This document shows positions 37,959 through 47,671 of a DNA stretch of 64,000 bases, in pieces. The stretch lies in the NCBI GenBank assembly GCA_046328265.1, contig JAXLWW010000001.1, positions 565,414 through 629,413 on the forward strand. The letters run 5' to 3'. Source of the stretch: Dehalococcoidia bacterium (lineage in GTDB: Bacteria; Chloroflexota; Dehalococcoidia; SpSt-223). The notes under the pieces are model-generated. The model ran no database searches. It saw only the letters and a program-made list of their open reading frames with translations, and was not told the DNA's origin. Both the position numbers and the translations under genes were made by a program. Numbering within the stretch: position 1 is the first letter of the stretch; every line of letters starts with the position of its first letter.

Positions 37959-39116
37959 GTGAGTTCTCCTGACGTGTTTGACCTGGTAATAGTCGGCGGC
38001 GGCCCCGCCGGTGCGGTGCTGGCGCGCGAGACGGCCGCTCGCGGTCTTCGGACGGTGCTGCTCGAAAAAGACCGGCTTCCGCGTTACAAGACCTGTGGCG
38101 GTGGCGTCCAAGCGCGCGTCGCCCGTCTGCTCGAACTCGATCTCAGCCCGGTTATCCGCACGTCGGTTGATCGGATTGTCTTTACCCACCGTCTGACCCG
38201 ACCGATCAAACGGGTTTCCGAGAGGCCGGTCGTTCACATGGTGATGCGGGACACCTTCGACCATTTCCTGGTCGAGCAGGCGGCCAAAGCCGGGGCGGAA
38301 GTCCGTGACCGAACTCGAGTGGACCGGGTGGACTGCGATGTACTCGGTGTCAGCGTGGTAACCGGGTCAGGGAAAGTCCGAGGGCGCCTCGTCGTCGGGG
38401 CAGACGGCGCGAACAGCCGGGTGGCTCGCGACGTCGGGTTGGCTGGTGGCGCTGACATCGATCTGGCGCTCGAAGCGGAGATCGTCACGCCCGAGGTCGA
38501 CCGCGAGCGCTGGGCAACAACCGCCCTGCTCGATCTCGGCTCGCTGCCAAGCGGCTATGGTTGGCTCTTTCCGAAAGGCGATGGGCTGTCGGTTGGGGTC
38601 GGTGGACCAATCGAGGATCGTGCGCTGTTTCGCGACTACTACGAGCGATTGCGCCGCTACCTCGGGCTGGAAACCGCCCCAGTTGAACGTTTCAGTGGTC
38701 ACCAACTGACCCTTCGGCGACCGGGCGCACCGATCGTCGCCGGTCGGGCGCTTCTGCTCGGAGACGCCGCCGGTTTGGTCGATCCGTTCACCGGCGAAGG
38801 GTTGCTTGGCGCGGTGGTGAGTGCCAAACTTGCCGTCGATCCCTTGATCCGGGCCATCGAGACAGGTCCAGACGCGCTCGTCGGCTACCAGCACGCCGTC
38901 GACCGCGAGTTGATGCCCGAACTCCTCGAAGCGCGGATCTTGCTGCGGGTCTTCAACCGGATGCCGCGTCTGGCTCACCGGCTGATGGCGACCGGGGACC
39001 TTTTCTGGCGCAATCTCGCCCGGCTGATGCTTGGCGACGCCGATTATCGAACGGTCGGACGTGGGTCATTCCGGATTGGTTGGCGACTGCTCGATAGGCT
39101 GTTGCCGGCCGCATGA
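37959..39116 (+). CDS. Geranylgeranyl reductase family FAD-dependent oxidoreductase.
   Basis: FDLVIVGGGPAGAVLA dinucleotide motif, LPRYKTCGGGV, ~385 aa. Typical ChlP/GGR-family pattern. Confidence 0.8.
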   Translation: MSSPDVFDLVIVGGGPAGAVLARETAARGLRTVLLEKDRLPRYKTCGGGVQARVARLLELDLSPVIRTSVDRIVFTHRLTRPIKRVSERPVVHMVMRDTFDHFLVEQAAKAGAEVRDRTRVDRVDCDVLGVSVVTGSGKVRGRLVVGADGANSRVARDVGLAGGADIDLALEAEIVTPEVDRERWATTALLDLGSLPSGYGWLFPKGDGLSVGVGGPIEDRALFRDYYERLRRYLGLETAPVERFSGHQLTLRRPGAPIVAGRALLLGDAAGLVDPFTGEGLLGAVVSAKLAVDPLIRAIETGPDALVGYQHAVDRELMPELLEARILLRVFNRMPRLAHRLMATGDLFWRNLARLMLGDADYRTVGRGSFRIGWRLLDRLLPAA

Positions 39117-39958
39117 ACCCGATCGAGATTGGTCTGCTGGTGCTGCTAGGTATCTTTGCGGGTACCTACGGCACGATTATCGGGGCGGGCGGCGGTTTTA
39201 TCCTCGTTCCGGCACTTGCCTGGGTGCCAGCCTACGCCGCCCTCTCGGCGGAGGCTCTCACCGGCGTGTCATTGGTCGCGGTGTTTTGCAATGCTGTCTC
39301 GGCCGTGATCGCCTACTGGCGGCAGCGCCGGATCGACGTCCCGATTGCGCTTACGCTTGGGCTTTTCGCGGTACCGGGCAGCGTCCTCGGCCGTACGGTC
39401 GTCACATGGCTCGACCGCAACCGCTTCGAGGCAGCCTTCGGGGCACTGCTGGTGGCAATCGCGGTCTACCTCGTCGTCCGCAAGCCGCCGATCAACCGGT
39501 CAGCCGGCGACAAGCCGCCGCCGCCTGGGGTCCTGCGTCGCAGCTACCGGCTCCTTGCCGGCGAACAGACGACCGTTGACGTCGACATGCGAATTGGCGC
39601 GGTCGCCAGCTTCTTGATCGGCTTTCTCGCAAGCCTTTTTGGTGTCGGCGGCGGTCTGATGATGGTGCCGACGATGGTGTCGTTGATGTCGGTCCCGCCG
39701 ATCGTGGCGACGGCAACCTCGCAGATGTATCTGCTGACAACCTCTGGCGTCTCGCTCACAACCGACCTGTTCAATGGTGGCGCAAGTCCGCTCGAACACC
39801 TGGGTTTGGCGCTACCGCTTTCGGTCGGGGTGATTGTGGGTGCCCAGGTGGGGGCACGGATCTCGCGGCGGCTTGGCGCGCGCTGGATTGTCCGAATGCT
39901 CGCGGTGGCGCTCGGACTGGCCGGGGCACGTCTGGTTTGGGCGGGGCTGAGCGGCTGA
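39113..39958 (+). CDS. TauE/SafE (DUF81) family sulfite/anion exporter.
   Basis: Two repeated 4-TM halves with the TauE signature (GTYGTIIGAGGGFILVPAL ... GVGGGLMMVPTMV). Confidence 0.8.
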   Translation: MNPIEIGLLVLLGIFAGTYGTIIGAGGGFILVPALAWVPAYAALSAEALTGVSLVAVFCNAVSAVIAYWRQRRIDVPIALTLGLFAVPGSVLGRTVVTWLDRNRFEAAFGALLVAIAVYLVVRKPPINRSAGDKPPPPGVLRRSYRLLAGEQTTVDVDMRIGAVASFLIGFLASLFGVGGGLMMVPTMVSLMSVPPIVATATSQMYLLTTSGVSLTTDLFNGGASPLEHLGLALPLSVGVIVGAQVGARISRRLGARWIVRMLAVALGLAGARLVWAGLSG

Positions 39959-39998
39959 GCGATACAATCCGGACGCTTCACAGGCGCGCGAGGGCAAG

Positions 39999-40838
39999 GT
40001 GATTGAAATCAACATCGACCCAACGATGTTTACGGTCGGGCCGTTCGCGATCACCTGGCACGGGTTCTTCTCGGCGGTCGGGCTTTTCATCGGCGTCTGG
40101 GTGACCGCGCGCCTGGCCACCACCGTCGGGATGACCTCCGACGATGTCTACAACGGTGCGCCCTGGGCAGTGGTCGGCGGTCTCCTCGGCGCACGGCTGT
40201 TTCACGTCGTCGACCGCTGGGACTATTACGGCCAGAATCCGATGCAGATCATCGCAATCACCGAGGGAGGTATCGCGATCTATGGCGCGGTGGTCGGCGG
40301 CATCATCGCGGGGTATCTCTATGCGCGCTATGCCAAGTTGCCGGTGCCCTTATTTGCCGATGCCGCGGCCATTGGTCTCATGGTCGGCCAAGGGATCGGC
40401 CGGATCGGAGACATCATCAACGGCGAGCATCTGGGTCGGCCGTTCGATGGATCCTGGGCGGTGGTCTATACCCACCCCGCCACGTTGGGCCAGATCGGCG
40501 TGCCGGTCCACCTGGCGGTTGGCTATGAACTGCTGCTTGATCTCGCGGCCTTTGGCCTGCTGCTCTTTCTCTGGAAGAAGCTTCCGGGCGGTGTGATCTT
40601 TTGGGTCTATGTCGCTCTCTATTCGGCGATCCGGTTGGGGACCGGGTTCTTTCGGATCGACACCATCTGGGTGGCCGGTCTCTCACAACAACAGCTTCTG
40701 GGGATCCTCGGTATCGTGATTGGCCTGCCGATGGCGTTCTGGACGTACGGGCGGGGCCGACGTGCCGTGGGAGCAGAAGAGCCGGACGTCGAACCAGCCG
40801 AGCCAGTCGAACCAGCTTCGCCAGAGCCGACCGGCTAG
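39999..40838 (+). CDS. lgt: Prolipoprotein diacylglyceryl transferase.
   Basis: GPFAITWHGFF, GARLFHV, and the Lgt signature GRIGDIINGEHLG. Confidence 0.9.
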   Translation: MIEINIDPTMFTVGPFAITWHGFFSAVGLFIGVWVTARLATTVGMTSDDVYNGAPWAVVGGLLGARLFHVVDRWDYYGQNPMQIIAITEGGIAIYGAVVGGIIAGYLYARYAKLPVPLFADAAAIGLMVGQGIGRIGDIINGEHLGRPFDGSWAVVYTHPATLGQIGVPVHLAVGYELLLDLAAFGLLLFLWKKLPGGVIFWVYVALYSAIRLGTGFFRIDTIWVAGLSQQQLLGILGIVIGLPMAFWTYGRGRRAVGAEEPDVEPAEPVEPASPEPTG

Positions 40839-41131
40839 CGGACTTGCCCCCAGCGCATACCGGTGGGCGGGTCGGCGAACGGTCGTGGAGTTGGGATCCG
40901 GTCGATGGGGCTGAGGAGCGCGACATCTCGCCGAACTGCATCGAGGTCGTCCCAGAGCCGTTGAGCGTTCTGGGTCTGGGCCAGGGCGCGCCGAATCGCG
41001 CCGCGTAGGATGTCGGGCGCAAGCGAAACGTCGAGGGCAAAATGACGATCGAGCAGGGAGTCGATCACGGCATCGTCAGGGCTGCCGGGCAAAGCGGCGA
41101 ACTCGGCCGCAAATCGTTCGAAGGCCGCCAT
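40835..41131 (-). CDS. Hypothetical protein (98 aa).
   Basis: ORF only. 4-bp overlap with the lgt end on the opposite strand. Confidence 0.25.
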   Translation of the reverse strand: MAAFERFAAEFAALPGSPDDAVIDSLLDRHFALDVSLAPDILRGAIRRALAQTQNAQRLWDDLDAVRRDVALLSPIDRIPTPRPFADPPTGMRWGQVR

Positions 41132-41214
41132 CCAGGTTCCTCCTTCGATAACAATCGGCCACCGCCGCGTGTTGTTACAGAGGCGTTGGTCCTGAGACCT
41201 GGACGACGTTTTGG

Positions 41215-42338
41215 CTAGGAGGGCTCCGAGACCCCGCGGCCCTGGCTGTCATCTCCGGTGAGGAGCGGGGAAAAGGCTGTCTGGCCCGCGAGGTCGCCGG
41301 ATGGTGCGGGACGAGAAGGGCGGCGGCGCGCGCGGAGGCGGTTGACTCGCCAGACGAGACGGCTAAACGGGGTGGCGGCGGATAAGAGCGCGCGGGTGGT
41401 ATCGCGTTGGGAGGGAAGGTTCGCTTTCGGGTCGGCGAGATAGGAGCCTGGCAGACCATCGACGACCCAGAGGTGGAAGCCAGGGTCGGGTAGGGATTTC
41501 GCGGCAGCGCGGGCCTGTCGATAGAGCCAGATCAGCCGTTCGCGACGGGTAACCTCGTCAGGATAAGGGGCAACGAGGTTGATCTCGTTGACGGTAACGT
41601 CCTCTTCCTGGTCGATGAGATAGTCGAGCAGGATGTGAAACGAGCAGATCCAGGGAACGTAGGCGTCAATCGTCTGGCGAATTTCAACGGTGCTGGGGAC
41701 GCCCCGTACCGCCAGGCGCATCAGGGCGAACATCCCGAGGGTCGATCCACAGGCGGCCGCAAACTCCCACCAATCGAGACCGGGGCGTCGGTGCCCGGCA
41801 TACCAACGCACCATCGCCGCAATCCCGACGCTTGGTGGGCGGAGGTGCTTGTACTCTTGGAGGTCCGCGAACCGCACGACACGCTCGGCGACCGCCGCTG
41901 AGACCGCCGCAAAGCCCGGCAACTGTTCGCCAGACCGACGGGTCGCCTCGACCAGGGCAGCGAGGTAGCCCCCGTCGTCGTGCTGCGGGTGTAGCGCGTA
42001 GTAACTACCACGTCGCGGCCCGATTTCGACGGCATCAAGCATCGCGCCGTGCAACTGGCGGTAGTCCGCGCCATCGTCGGACGTGCCGCGGTCGCAGATC
42101 GTGTCGAGATAATCGGCGATCGTCTGGAGGGCAACGATACCGGTGATTATCGGGCCGGGATCGTCCAAGAGAGTGGCATAGGCGACACCGCCCTCGCAGT
42201 GAAACCGCTTGGTGGTGATCGCCTCGACGGCGTGCTCGCGGAGCAACGGGTCTGGGATCCGCTGGGCGCGCGGGAGCCATACCCGATCGAGACGCCGGTC
42301 GACAGCGGGAACGGCGCGGAACAGATAGTCGAATGAGA
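41215..42338 (-). CDS. DUF2600/YtpB-like protein (tetraprenyl-beta-curcumene synthase family). Start uncertain; the long ORF N-terminal extension overlaps the next gene.
   Basis: ~370-aa core with ALQTIADYLDTICDR and HILLDYLIDQEEDV blocks reminiscent of YtpB-family terpenoid synthases. No in-frame ATG/GTG at the expected start. Confidence 0.4.
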
Positions 42339-42350
42339 GCCTCGCGGTTC

Positions 42351-42554
42351 TCAGCGTTTGGCGCCCTTGAGTTTGACCGGCCGGTCTGCGGAAAAAGCTG
42401 CCAGCGCCAGCACCGCCATGATCGCCGCCATCCCGGCAAGTTGGAGCGCCCAGATCAGATTGAATGCGCCCGTGCCAAACGAGATCGCCGCCAGCGTCGC
42501 GCCAATACAGAGGAGCGTCGCGAGTGTGAAAATCGTTCCCTGGAGATACTGCAT
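42351..42554 (-). CDS. Small two-TM membrane protein (67 aa).
   Basis: Clean hydrophobic helices plus a basic C-terminal tail (KLKGAKR). Sits between pheT and the YtpB-like gene. Confidence 0.35.
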   Translation of the reverse strand: MQYLQGTIFTLATLLCIGATLAAISFGTGAFNLIWALQLAGMAAIMAVLALAAFSADRPVKLKGAKR

Positions 42555-42562
42555 AACTTCTC

Positions 42563-44941
42563 CTAGCCGCGCAGGGCGGCGCCAAACTGGCGGCGCAGCC
42601 GTTCGACCAAACCGCTTCGAATTCTCGACACCTCGTCCTCGGTCAGGGTGCGGTCGGGTGCACGGAACCGAAGCGAGAAGGCGAGCGATTTCCGGCCCGG
42701 CTCGAGCGGCACGCCGCGGTAGACGTCGAACAGCCGGACCTCTTGAACGAAGCGGCCGCCGGCCAGCACCTCGCCGAGCCGCTCGGCCTCGACCGCTTCG
42801 TCGACGACCAGAGCCACGTCCTGAACGACGTCGGGGAAGCGTGAGATTGGCTGATAGACCGGGATGGACTGGTTGACCAGTTTATGCACCTCAAGCTCGA
42901 AGTAGACCACCCGCTCGTCCAGATCAAACGCCTGGCGGACCTCCGCGCTGACTTCGCCAAGGGTGCCGATCGTCGTGCCGTCGCGCTGCACCTCTGCCGC
43001 TCGCCCTGGATGATAGAACGGATCGTCGGAACGCGCGACTTCGAGATTCAGACGGAGTTGGCGGCCGATCGTCTCGATGATCCCCTTTCCGTCGAAGAAA
43101 TCGTAGGGCCCGGGTGAATCGAGCCACGACAACCGGCCACGCGGCCCGCAGAGGGCGGCCGCCAGGAGCGGGCGCTCATCCGGCAAATCGTCCTCGCGTG
43201 GCAGATAAATCAGACCAACCTCGAAAATAGCCAACCCGTCTTGCTGACGCCGAACGTTGTCCGCAAGGGTCTTGAGGATGCTCGGGCGGATACTGGTACG
43301 GAGCACCGCTTGATCCGCGCTCATCGGGTTCAGCAGGGCGATCGGCTCCGGCGCCTGGCCGGCACGACTGAGGAAGTCCCGACCAACCAGTGGATAGGTG
43401 ATCACCTCTTGCAACCCGGCGGCGACCATCAGGTCGCGCAAGAAATCGCTCGTGACCAGCACCGGATCGGCCGGCGTCGCCGGGATCGGCCCGGTCAATT
43501 GGGTCGCCGGAAGTTCGTCATAGCCGATGATCCGTGCAACTTCTTCGACGAGGTCCTCGGTCAAGTTCAGGTCGCGGCGCCAGTAGGGCGGGGTGATCCC
43601 CAGTGCGTCGTCGTGCCGAGACGTTTGCGCGCCGAGCGACCGGAAGACGCTCTCGATCCGGTCGAGCGGCCAGCGAACGCCGAGGATGCGCTCGACGTCG
43701 GCTTCGCGGAGGATACGCGGTTCGCCGGCAACCCGACCCGGGTACTCATCAATCAGGCCGGTCGCAACCTCGCCGCCGGCAACCTCGATCAAGAGGCGGC
43801 AGGCGCGCTGGAGCGCCGGGACGGTCAGGTCCGGACTGATCCCCTTTTCGAAGCGTAGCGACGCCTCTGAGCGCATTCGCAGCCGAGTGGCGGTGCGACG
43901 GATAGTGTAGTTATGGAAGTTCGCCGATTCGAGCAGGATGTCCCTGGTACCCTCGGTCACCTCGGTTGCCAACCCACCCATCACCCCGGCAATCGCAATT
44001 GCCCGCTCGGGGTCGGCGATCACCAGCATCGACGGGTCAAGCGGCCGATCGACGCCGTCGAGCGTGGTCAACTGCTCGCCCAGCCGGGCACGCCGGACGA
44101 TGACCGTGTCCCGAGCAATCGTCGTGGCATCGAACGCGTGCATCGGCTGGCCGAATTCGAGCATGACATAATTGGTCACATCGACGACGTTGTTGATCGG
44201 ACGCATCCCGGCCGCCAAGAGGCGGTCCTGCAGCCAGGCCGGCGACTCGCCGATGGTGACGCCACGGACGAGAGCCGCGCTGTATCGGCCACAGAGGTCA
44301 GGGTCGTCGATCTGAACGGTAAAACGATCCGAGATAGCAGGGTCGTTCTGCGGGTAGTCGAGGGGCGGAGGCTGGACCGGCTGACCCGAGATCGCCGAAA
44401 CCTCCCACGCTACCCCGAGCATTGACAACAGGTCGGGCCGGTTCGGAGTTGTCTTGAGGTCGAAGATGGTGTTGCCGAGCAAGTCAGCCAGCAGGTCCCC
44501 GACCCGCGATGTGGGAGAAAGCACCAGGATACCGCTGTGGTCATCGCCGAGGCCGAGTTCCTTTGCCGAGCAGACCATCCCCGCGGACTCGATGCCCCGG
44601 ATCTTGATCGGCCGGAGGGTGATTGGCTCGCCGCTGTAGCCGTCGAGCAGTTGGGCGCCGACCGGGGCAAACGGAACCCGTTGGCCGACCTCGAGGTTGG
44701 GTGCGCCGGTCACGATAGTCTGCTGCCGGTCGCCAAGGTCCACCGTTGCCAGCACTAGCCGGTCGGCGTTCGGGTGCGGGTCGATCCGGATGACTTCGGC
44801 GACCCGGATATCGGCCCAATCTCCGCCGATGCGTTGGATCGATTCGATCTCATCGCCGGCCATGGTCAGCCGGTGGGCGAGTTCCTCGGTAGGGAGCGAC
44901 CAGCCAACATAGTCGCGCAGCCAGTTGAGCGACACTTTCAT
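42563..44941 (-). CDS. pheT: Phenylalanine--tRNA ligase beta subunit.
   Basis: 792 aa. N-terminus MKVSLNWLRDYV, B3/4 and B5 blocks, C-terminal FDVYRG...SLAFSLRFRAPDRTLTEDEV. Confidence 0.95.
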   Translation of the reverse strand: MKVSLNWLRDYVGWSLPTEELAHRLTMAGDEIESIQRIGGDWADIRVAEVIRIDPHPNADRLVLATVDLGDRQQTIVTGAPNLEVGQRVPFAPVGAQLLDGYSGEPITLRPIKIRGIESAGMVCSAKELGLGDDHSGILVLSPTSRVGDLLADLLGNTIFDLKTTPNRPDLLSMLGVAWEVSAISGQPVQPPPLDYPQNDPAISDRFTVQIDDPDLCGRYSAALVRGVTIGESPAWLQDRLLAAGMRPINNVVDVTNYVMLEFGQPMHAFDATTIARDTVIVRRARLGEQLTTLDGVDRPLDPSMLVIADPERAIAIAGVMGGLATEVTEGTRDILLESANFHNYTIRRTATRLRMRSEASLRFEKGISPDLTVPALQRACRLLIEVAGGEVATGLIDEYPGRVAGEPRILREADVERILGVRWPLDRIESVFRSLGAQTSRHDDALGITPPYWRRDLNLTEDLVEEVARIIGYDELPATQLTGPIPATPADPVLVTSDFLRDLMVAAGLQEVITYPLVGRDFLSRAGQAPEPIALLNPMSADQAVLRTSIRPSILKTLADNVRRQQDGLAIFEVGLIYLPREDDLPDERPLLAAALCGPRGRLSWLDSPGPYDFFDGKGIIETIGRQLRLNLEVARSDDPFYHPGRAAEVQRDGTTIGTLGEVSAEVRQAFDLDERVVYFELEVHKLVNQSIPVYQPISRFPDVVQDVALVVDEAVEAERLGEVLAGGRFVQEVRLFDVYRGVPLEPGRKSLAFSLRFRAPDRTLTEDEVSRIRSGLVERLRRQFGAALRG

Positions 44942-44989
44942 CGGAAAGCCACCTCAGCCGCCCGGCAAGCGCCAGTGCGGAACCATCGT

Positions 44990-46051
44990 CTAGGCAAACT
45001 GTTTCAAGAACCGGATGTCGTTGCCGTAGAACAGCCGGATGTCATCAATCTGATGGAGCAACAGGTTGAAGCGTTCGACGCCGCCGCCAAAGGCGAAACC
45101 GGTGTAGCGCGATCCATCGACCCCGGCATACTCGAGGACATGCGGGTGGACCATGCCGGCGCCCATCACCTCGATCCAGCCGCTGCGCTTGCAGAACGAG
45201 CAGCCGGCGCCTTCGCAGACCCAGCAATCGACCGCCACGTCGACGCCTGGCTCGACGAAGGGAAAGAAGTCGCAGCGAAATCGAATTCGACGCCGTTCGC
45301 CAAACATCCGCTTGACGAAGGTATAGATAGTCCCCTTGAGATCGGCCATCGTGACGCCCTCTCCGACTGCCAACCCCTCAAACTGGTAGAACACCGATTC
45401 GTGGGTTGCGTCGGTCGCCTCATAGCGATAGACCCGGCCAGGAACGACGACCCGCACCGGCGGCGACTGCTTCTCGAGGACGCGCACCTGCATCGGCGAG
45501 GTGTGGGTGCGCAGCAACATCGGCTTTTCGGCCCCGTCCTCGGAGGTGATCCAGAACGTATCCCATTGATCGCGCGCCGGGTGACCCGGCGGAATGTTGA
45601 GCGCTTCGAAATTGTAATAGTCCCATTCGACTTCGGGGCCGGAAACGATGTCGAACCCGAGGGAGGAGAACACGGTTGCGATACGACGGATCATCTGAGT
45701 GGTCGGGTGCAGTCCGCCGACCTGGACCGGCCGGCCCGGCAGGGTGATGTCGACGCGCTCGCTCTCGATCGACGCGGCACGGGACGCTGCCTCAATCTCC
45801 TCGGCGCGGGCGGCAAAGGCCGTTTCGAGGGCGTCTTTGACCTGGTTGGCCGCCTGGCCGGCGCGCGGCCGCTCTTCAGCCGGGAGAGTTCCGAGTCCGC
45901 GCATCACGTCGTTGACCGCGCTCTTGCGACCGAGATACCGCGTTCGCCAGCGGTCCAGCTCGTCGGCGTTGGCCGCGTCGGCAAGCAGCCGACGCGCTTC
46001 GCTTTCAAGGGCGCGCAGTTGATCGAGCACCGCTTCTTCTCCAGACAGCAA
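44990..46051 (-). CDS. pheS: Phenylalanine--tRNA ligase alpha subunit (TTG start).
   Basis: Class II motifs (FRCDFFPFVEPG, GWIEVMGAGMVHP, GFAFGGGVERF). Confidence 0.95.
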   Translation of the reverse strand: MLSGEEAVLDQLRALESEARRLLADAANADELDRWRTRYLGRKSAVNDVMRGLGTLPAEERPRAGQAANQVKDALETAFAARAEEIEAASRAASIESERVDITLPGRPVQVGGLHPTTQMIRRIATVFSSLGFDIVSGPEVEWDYYNFEALNIPPGHPARDQWDTFWITSEDGAEKPMLLRTHTSPMQVRVLEKQSPPVRVVVPGRVYRYEATDATHESVFYQFEGLAVGEGVTMADLKGTIYTFVKRMFGERRRIRFRCDFFPFVEPGVDVAVDCWVCEGAGCSFCKRSGWIEVMGAGMVHPHVLEYAGVDGSRYTGFAFGGGVERFNLLLHQIDDIRLFYGNDIRFLKQFA

Positions 46052-46325
46052 GAGCGGCTCACGTTCAGGGACGAACGCGAACCGCTCCGTGGTACCACCC
46101 TGTTGGGCCGAATGGCCCGCTCAGCCCCACCTGCCGAATCGGCGGTGGGATCGCTCGATATCGGGAGCAACCCGCCCGGTCCTACCCACCCCCTGGGGGC
46201 TTCAGCCGGGAACTCCGAAGGGAACTTCGTACTCGGTCTGCCGGGGACGGCTCCCAGCCTCAAGGCCGTCCCTCTCTGCGCGGTTTCGCGAGCCTACTCG
46301 CTTCATCACCGTCATTCTCAGTTGT
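46052..46325 (-). promoter_or_regulatory. T-box riboswitch leader (tRNA-Phe responsive) for pheST. Its terminal helix overlaps the TTG start codon, suggesting translational control.
   Basis: mRNA-sense sequence contains the K-turn UGAUGA, the AG-bulge GCGCAGAGAGGG, a loop with UUC, and the T-box core AACAGGGUGGUACCACGG (consensus AGGGUGGNACCGCGG; bulge UGGU complements the ACCA end with discriminator A). This is followed by GAGCGGUUCGCG...CGUGAGCCGCUC ending in the start codon. Confidence 0.65.
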
Positions 46326-46573
46326 CGGCGGATTGTACGGTCCTGGCCCGCAATTTGGCGAGCGCGTCGCATGGTTGATGGACGCGCTTCTCCTTCACCC
46401 CGCCTCAGTGTTCTGGAAATTGCGACAGAACCCAACTGTATCGACGGGAGTGCGCCGGTGCGGTTGCGACCGCGCACCTCCCGCCAACCGAGTGGTGGTC
46501 CGCTGGTATACAATTGCCGCTCGGCGCGGCCATCGGGCCGCCGTGGTAGACTGCGCCCGGCGCGAGGAAGCCG

Positions 46574-47650
46574 ATGTTGCCGCTCCAAACTCAGCTTGTC
46601 GGCAGCTACAGCAAGCCACCCTGGCTCTTCGCCCGCGAGCGCTTTCCATTTCACCGGGAAGAAGACGCTTGGCGTCCGGGACTCGAGCGCCGATCTGCCG
46701 CCCAAGACGATGCCACGCTACTGGCGATCTACGAGCAAGAACACGCCGGGTTGGATCTGATCACCGATGGCGAGCAACGCCGGGGCCGATTCGACCTCTA
46801 CTTCTTACGGTACGGCGGCATCGACACCGACCAGATGGGCCGGCGCGAACTCGTCCAAGATCGGGACATGTCCGGATCCGACCTGCGACAAGAATTCAGC
46901 ACCGCCTGGCAGGACCCGAACCGGGCGCTTGCGCCGCGGGTCTTTGCCCCGGTGCGGTGGGTCAAACCGATTGCGTTGGACGATCTTCACTTTCTGCGAC
47001 ACCACACCGACCGACCGGTCAAAATGACCGTCCTCGGGCCGCTCACGTCAGCCTGCCGGGTCGTGGACGAGTATTACGGCGACTTCGCCGCTCTGGTAAT
47101 GGACCTGGCGGCGGCGGTGAACGACGAACTCCGCAGCCTTCAGGCAACCGGCGCAGATGTTCTCCAACTCGACGAACCGGACGTGTTCTTGCGGCGAGCG
47201 CGGACGCTTGAACTCACCGAAAGGGCACTCAACCGGGCGTTGGATGGTATCGCCGTCCCGACGATCGTCCACCTCTGTCACGGTTACCCGACGAGTGCAA
47301 TCAACAAGCGGGTCAGTCAGTTCTACGGGGATGCCCTGGCGGCGGTGGCACGCACCCGTGTGACCGGCATCAGCCTCGAATGGGAAGAGCCGGGCTACGA
47401 CGAGACGATCCTTGACGCGTGCGGCGACAAGGCGGTCGTCCTCGGAGTACTCAATCTCGGCTCTGAGCAGATCGAGACGGTGGCGTCTATCGCCGGGCGG
47501 GTCACGCAGGCGCTTCGGATCATCCCGCCGGAGCGGCTTTCGCTCGCTCCCGATTGCGGTCTCTGGCACCTGCCGCGAGAGATCGCCTATCGGAAGATCC
47601 GGGCGATGGCGCTCGCAGCGCAGGCCGTTCGAGCGGATTTGGCGATCTAG
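46574..47650 (+). CDS. Cobalamin-independent methionine synthase (MetE) C-terminal-domain-like methyltransferase.
   Basis: TQLVGSYSKPPWL, GADVLQLDEPDV, IVHLCHGY, VVLGVLNLGSEQIETV...LAPDCGLWHLPRE parallel MetE C-domain motifs. Confidence 0.8.
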   Translation: MLPLQTQLVGSYSKPPWLFARERFPFHREEDAWRPGLERRSAAQDDATLLAIYEQEHAGLDLITDGEQRRGRFDLYFLRYGGIDTDQMGRRELVQDRDMSGSDLRQEFSTAWQDPNRALAPRVFAPVRWVKPIALDDLHFLRHHTDRPVKMTVLGPLTSACRVVDEYYGDFAALVMDLAAAVNDELRSLQATGADVLQLDEPDVFLRRARTLELTERALNRALDGIAVPTIVHLCHGYPTSAINKRVSQFYGDALAAVARTRVTGISLEWEEPGYDETILDACGDKAVVLGVLNLGSEQIETVASIAGRVTQALRIIPPERLSLAPDCGLWHLPREIAYRKIRAMALAAQAVRADLAI

Positions 47651-47671
47651 TCCCAACGAAGGGGAGGTACG

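Noticed and set aside
42351-42585. Long N-terminal extension of the YtpB-like ORF (to 42585).
   Set aside because: The extension is low-complexity and overlaps a well-formed 67-aa two-TM ORF in another frame. The conserved YtpB-like core starts near 42338.
46480-46500. Plus-strand GAGTGGTGGTCCGCTGG as a second T-box core.
   Set aside because: It deviates from AGGGUGGNACCGCGG at several conserved positions and lacks an upstream Stem I. Left as an open observation only.
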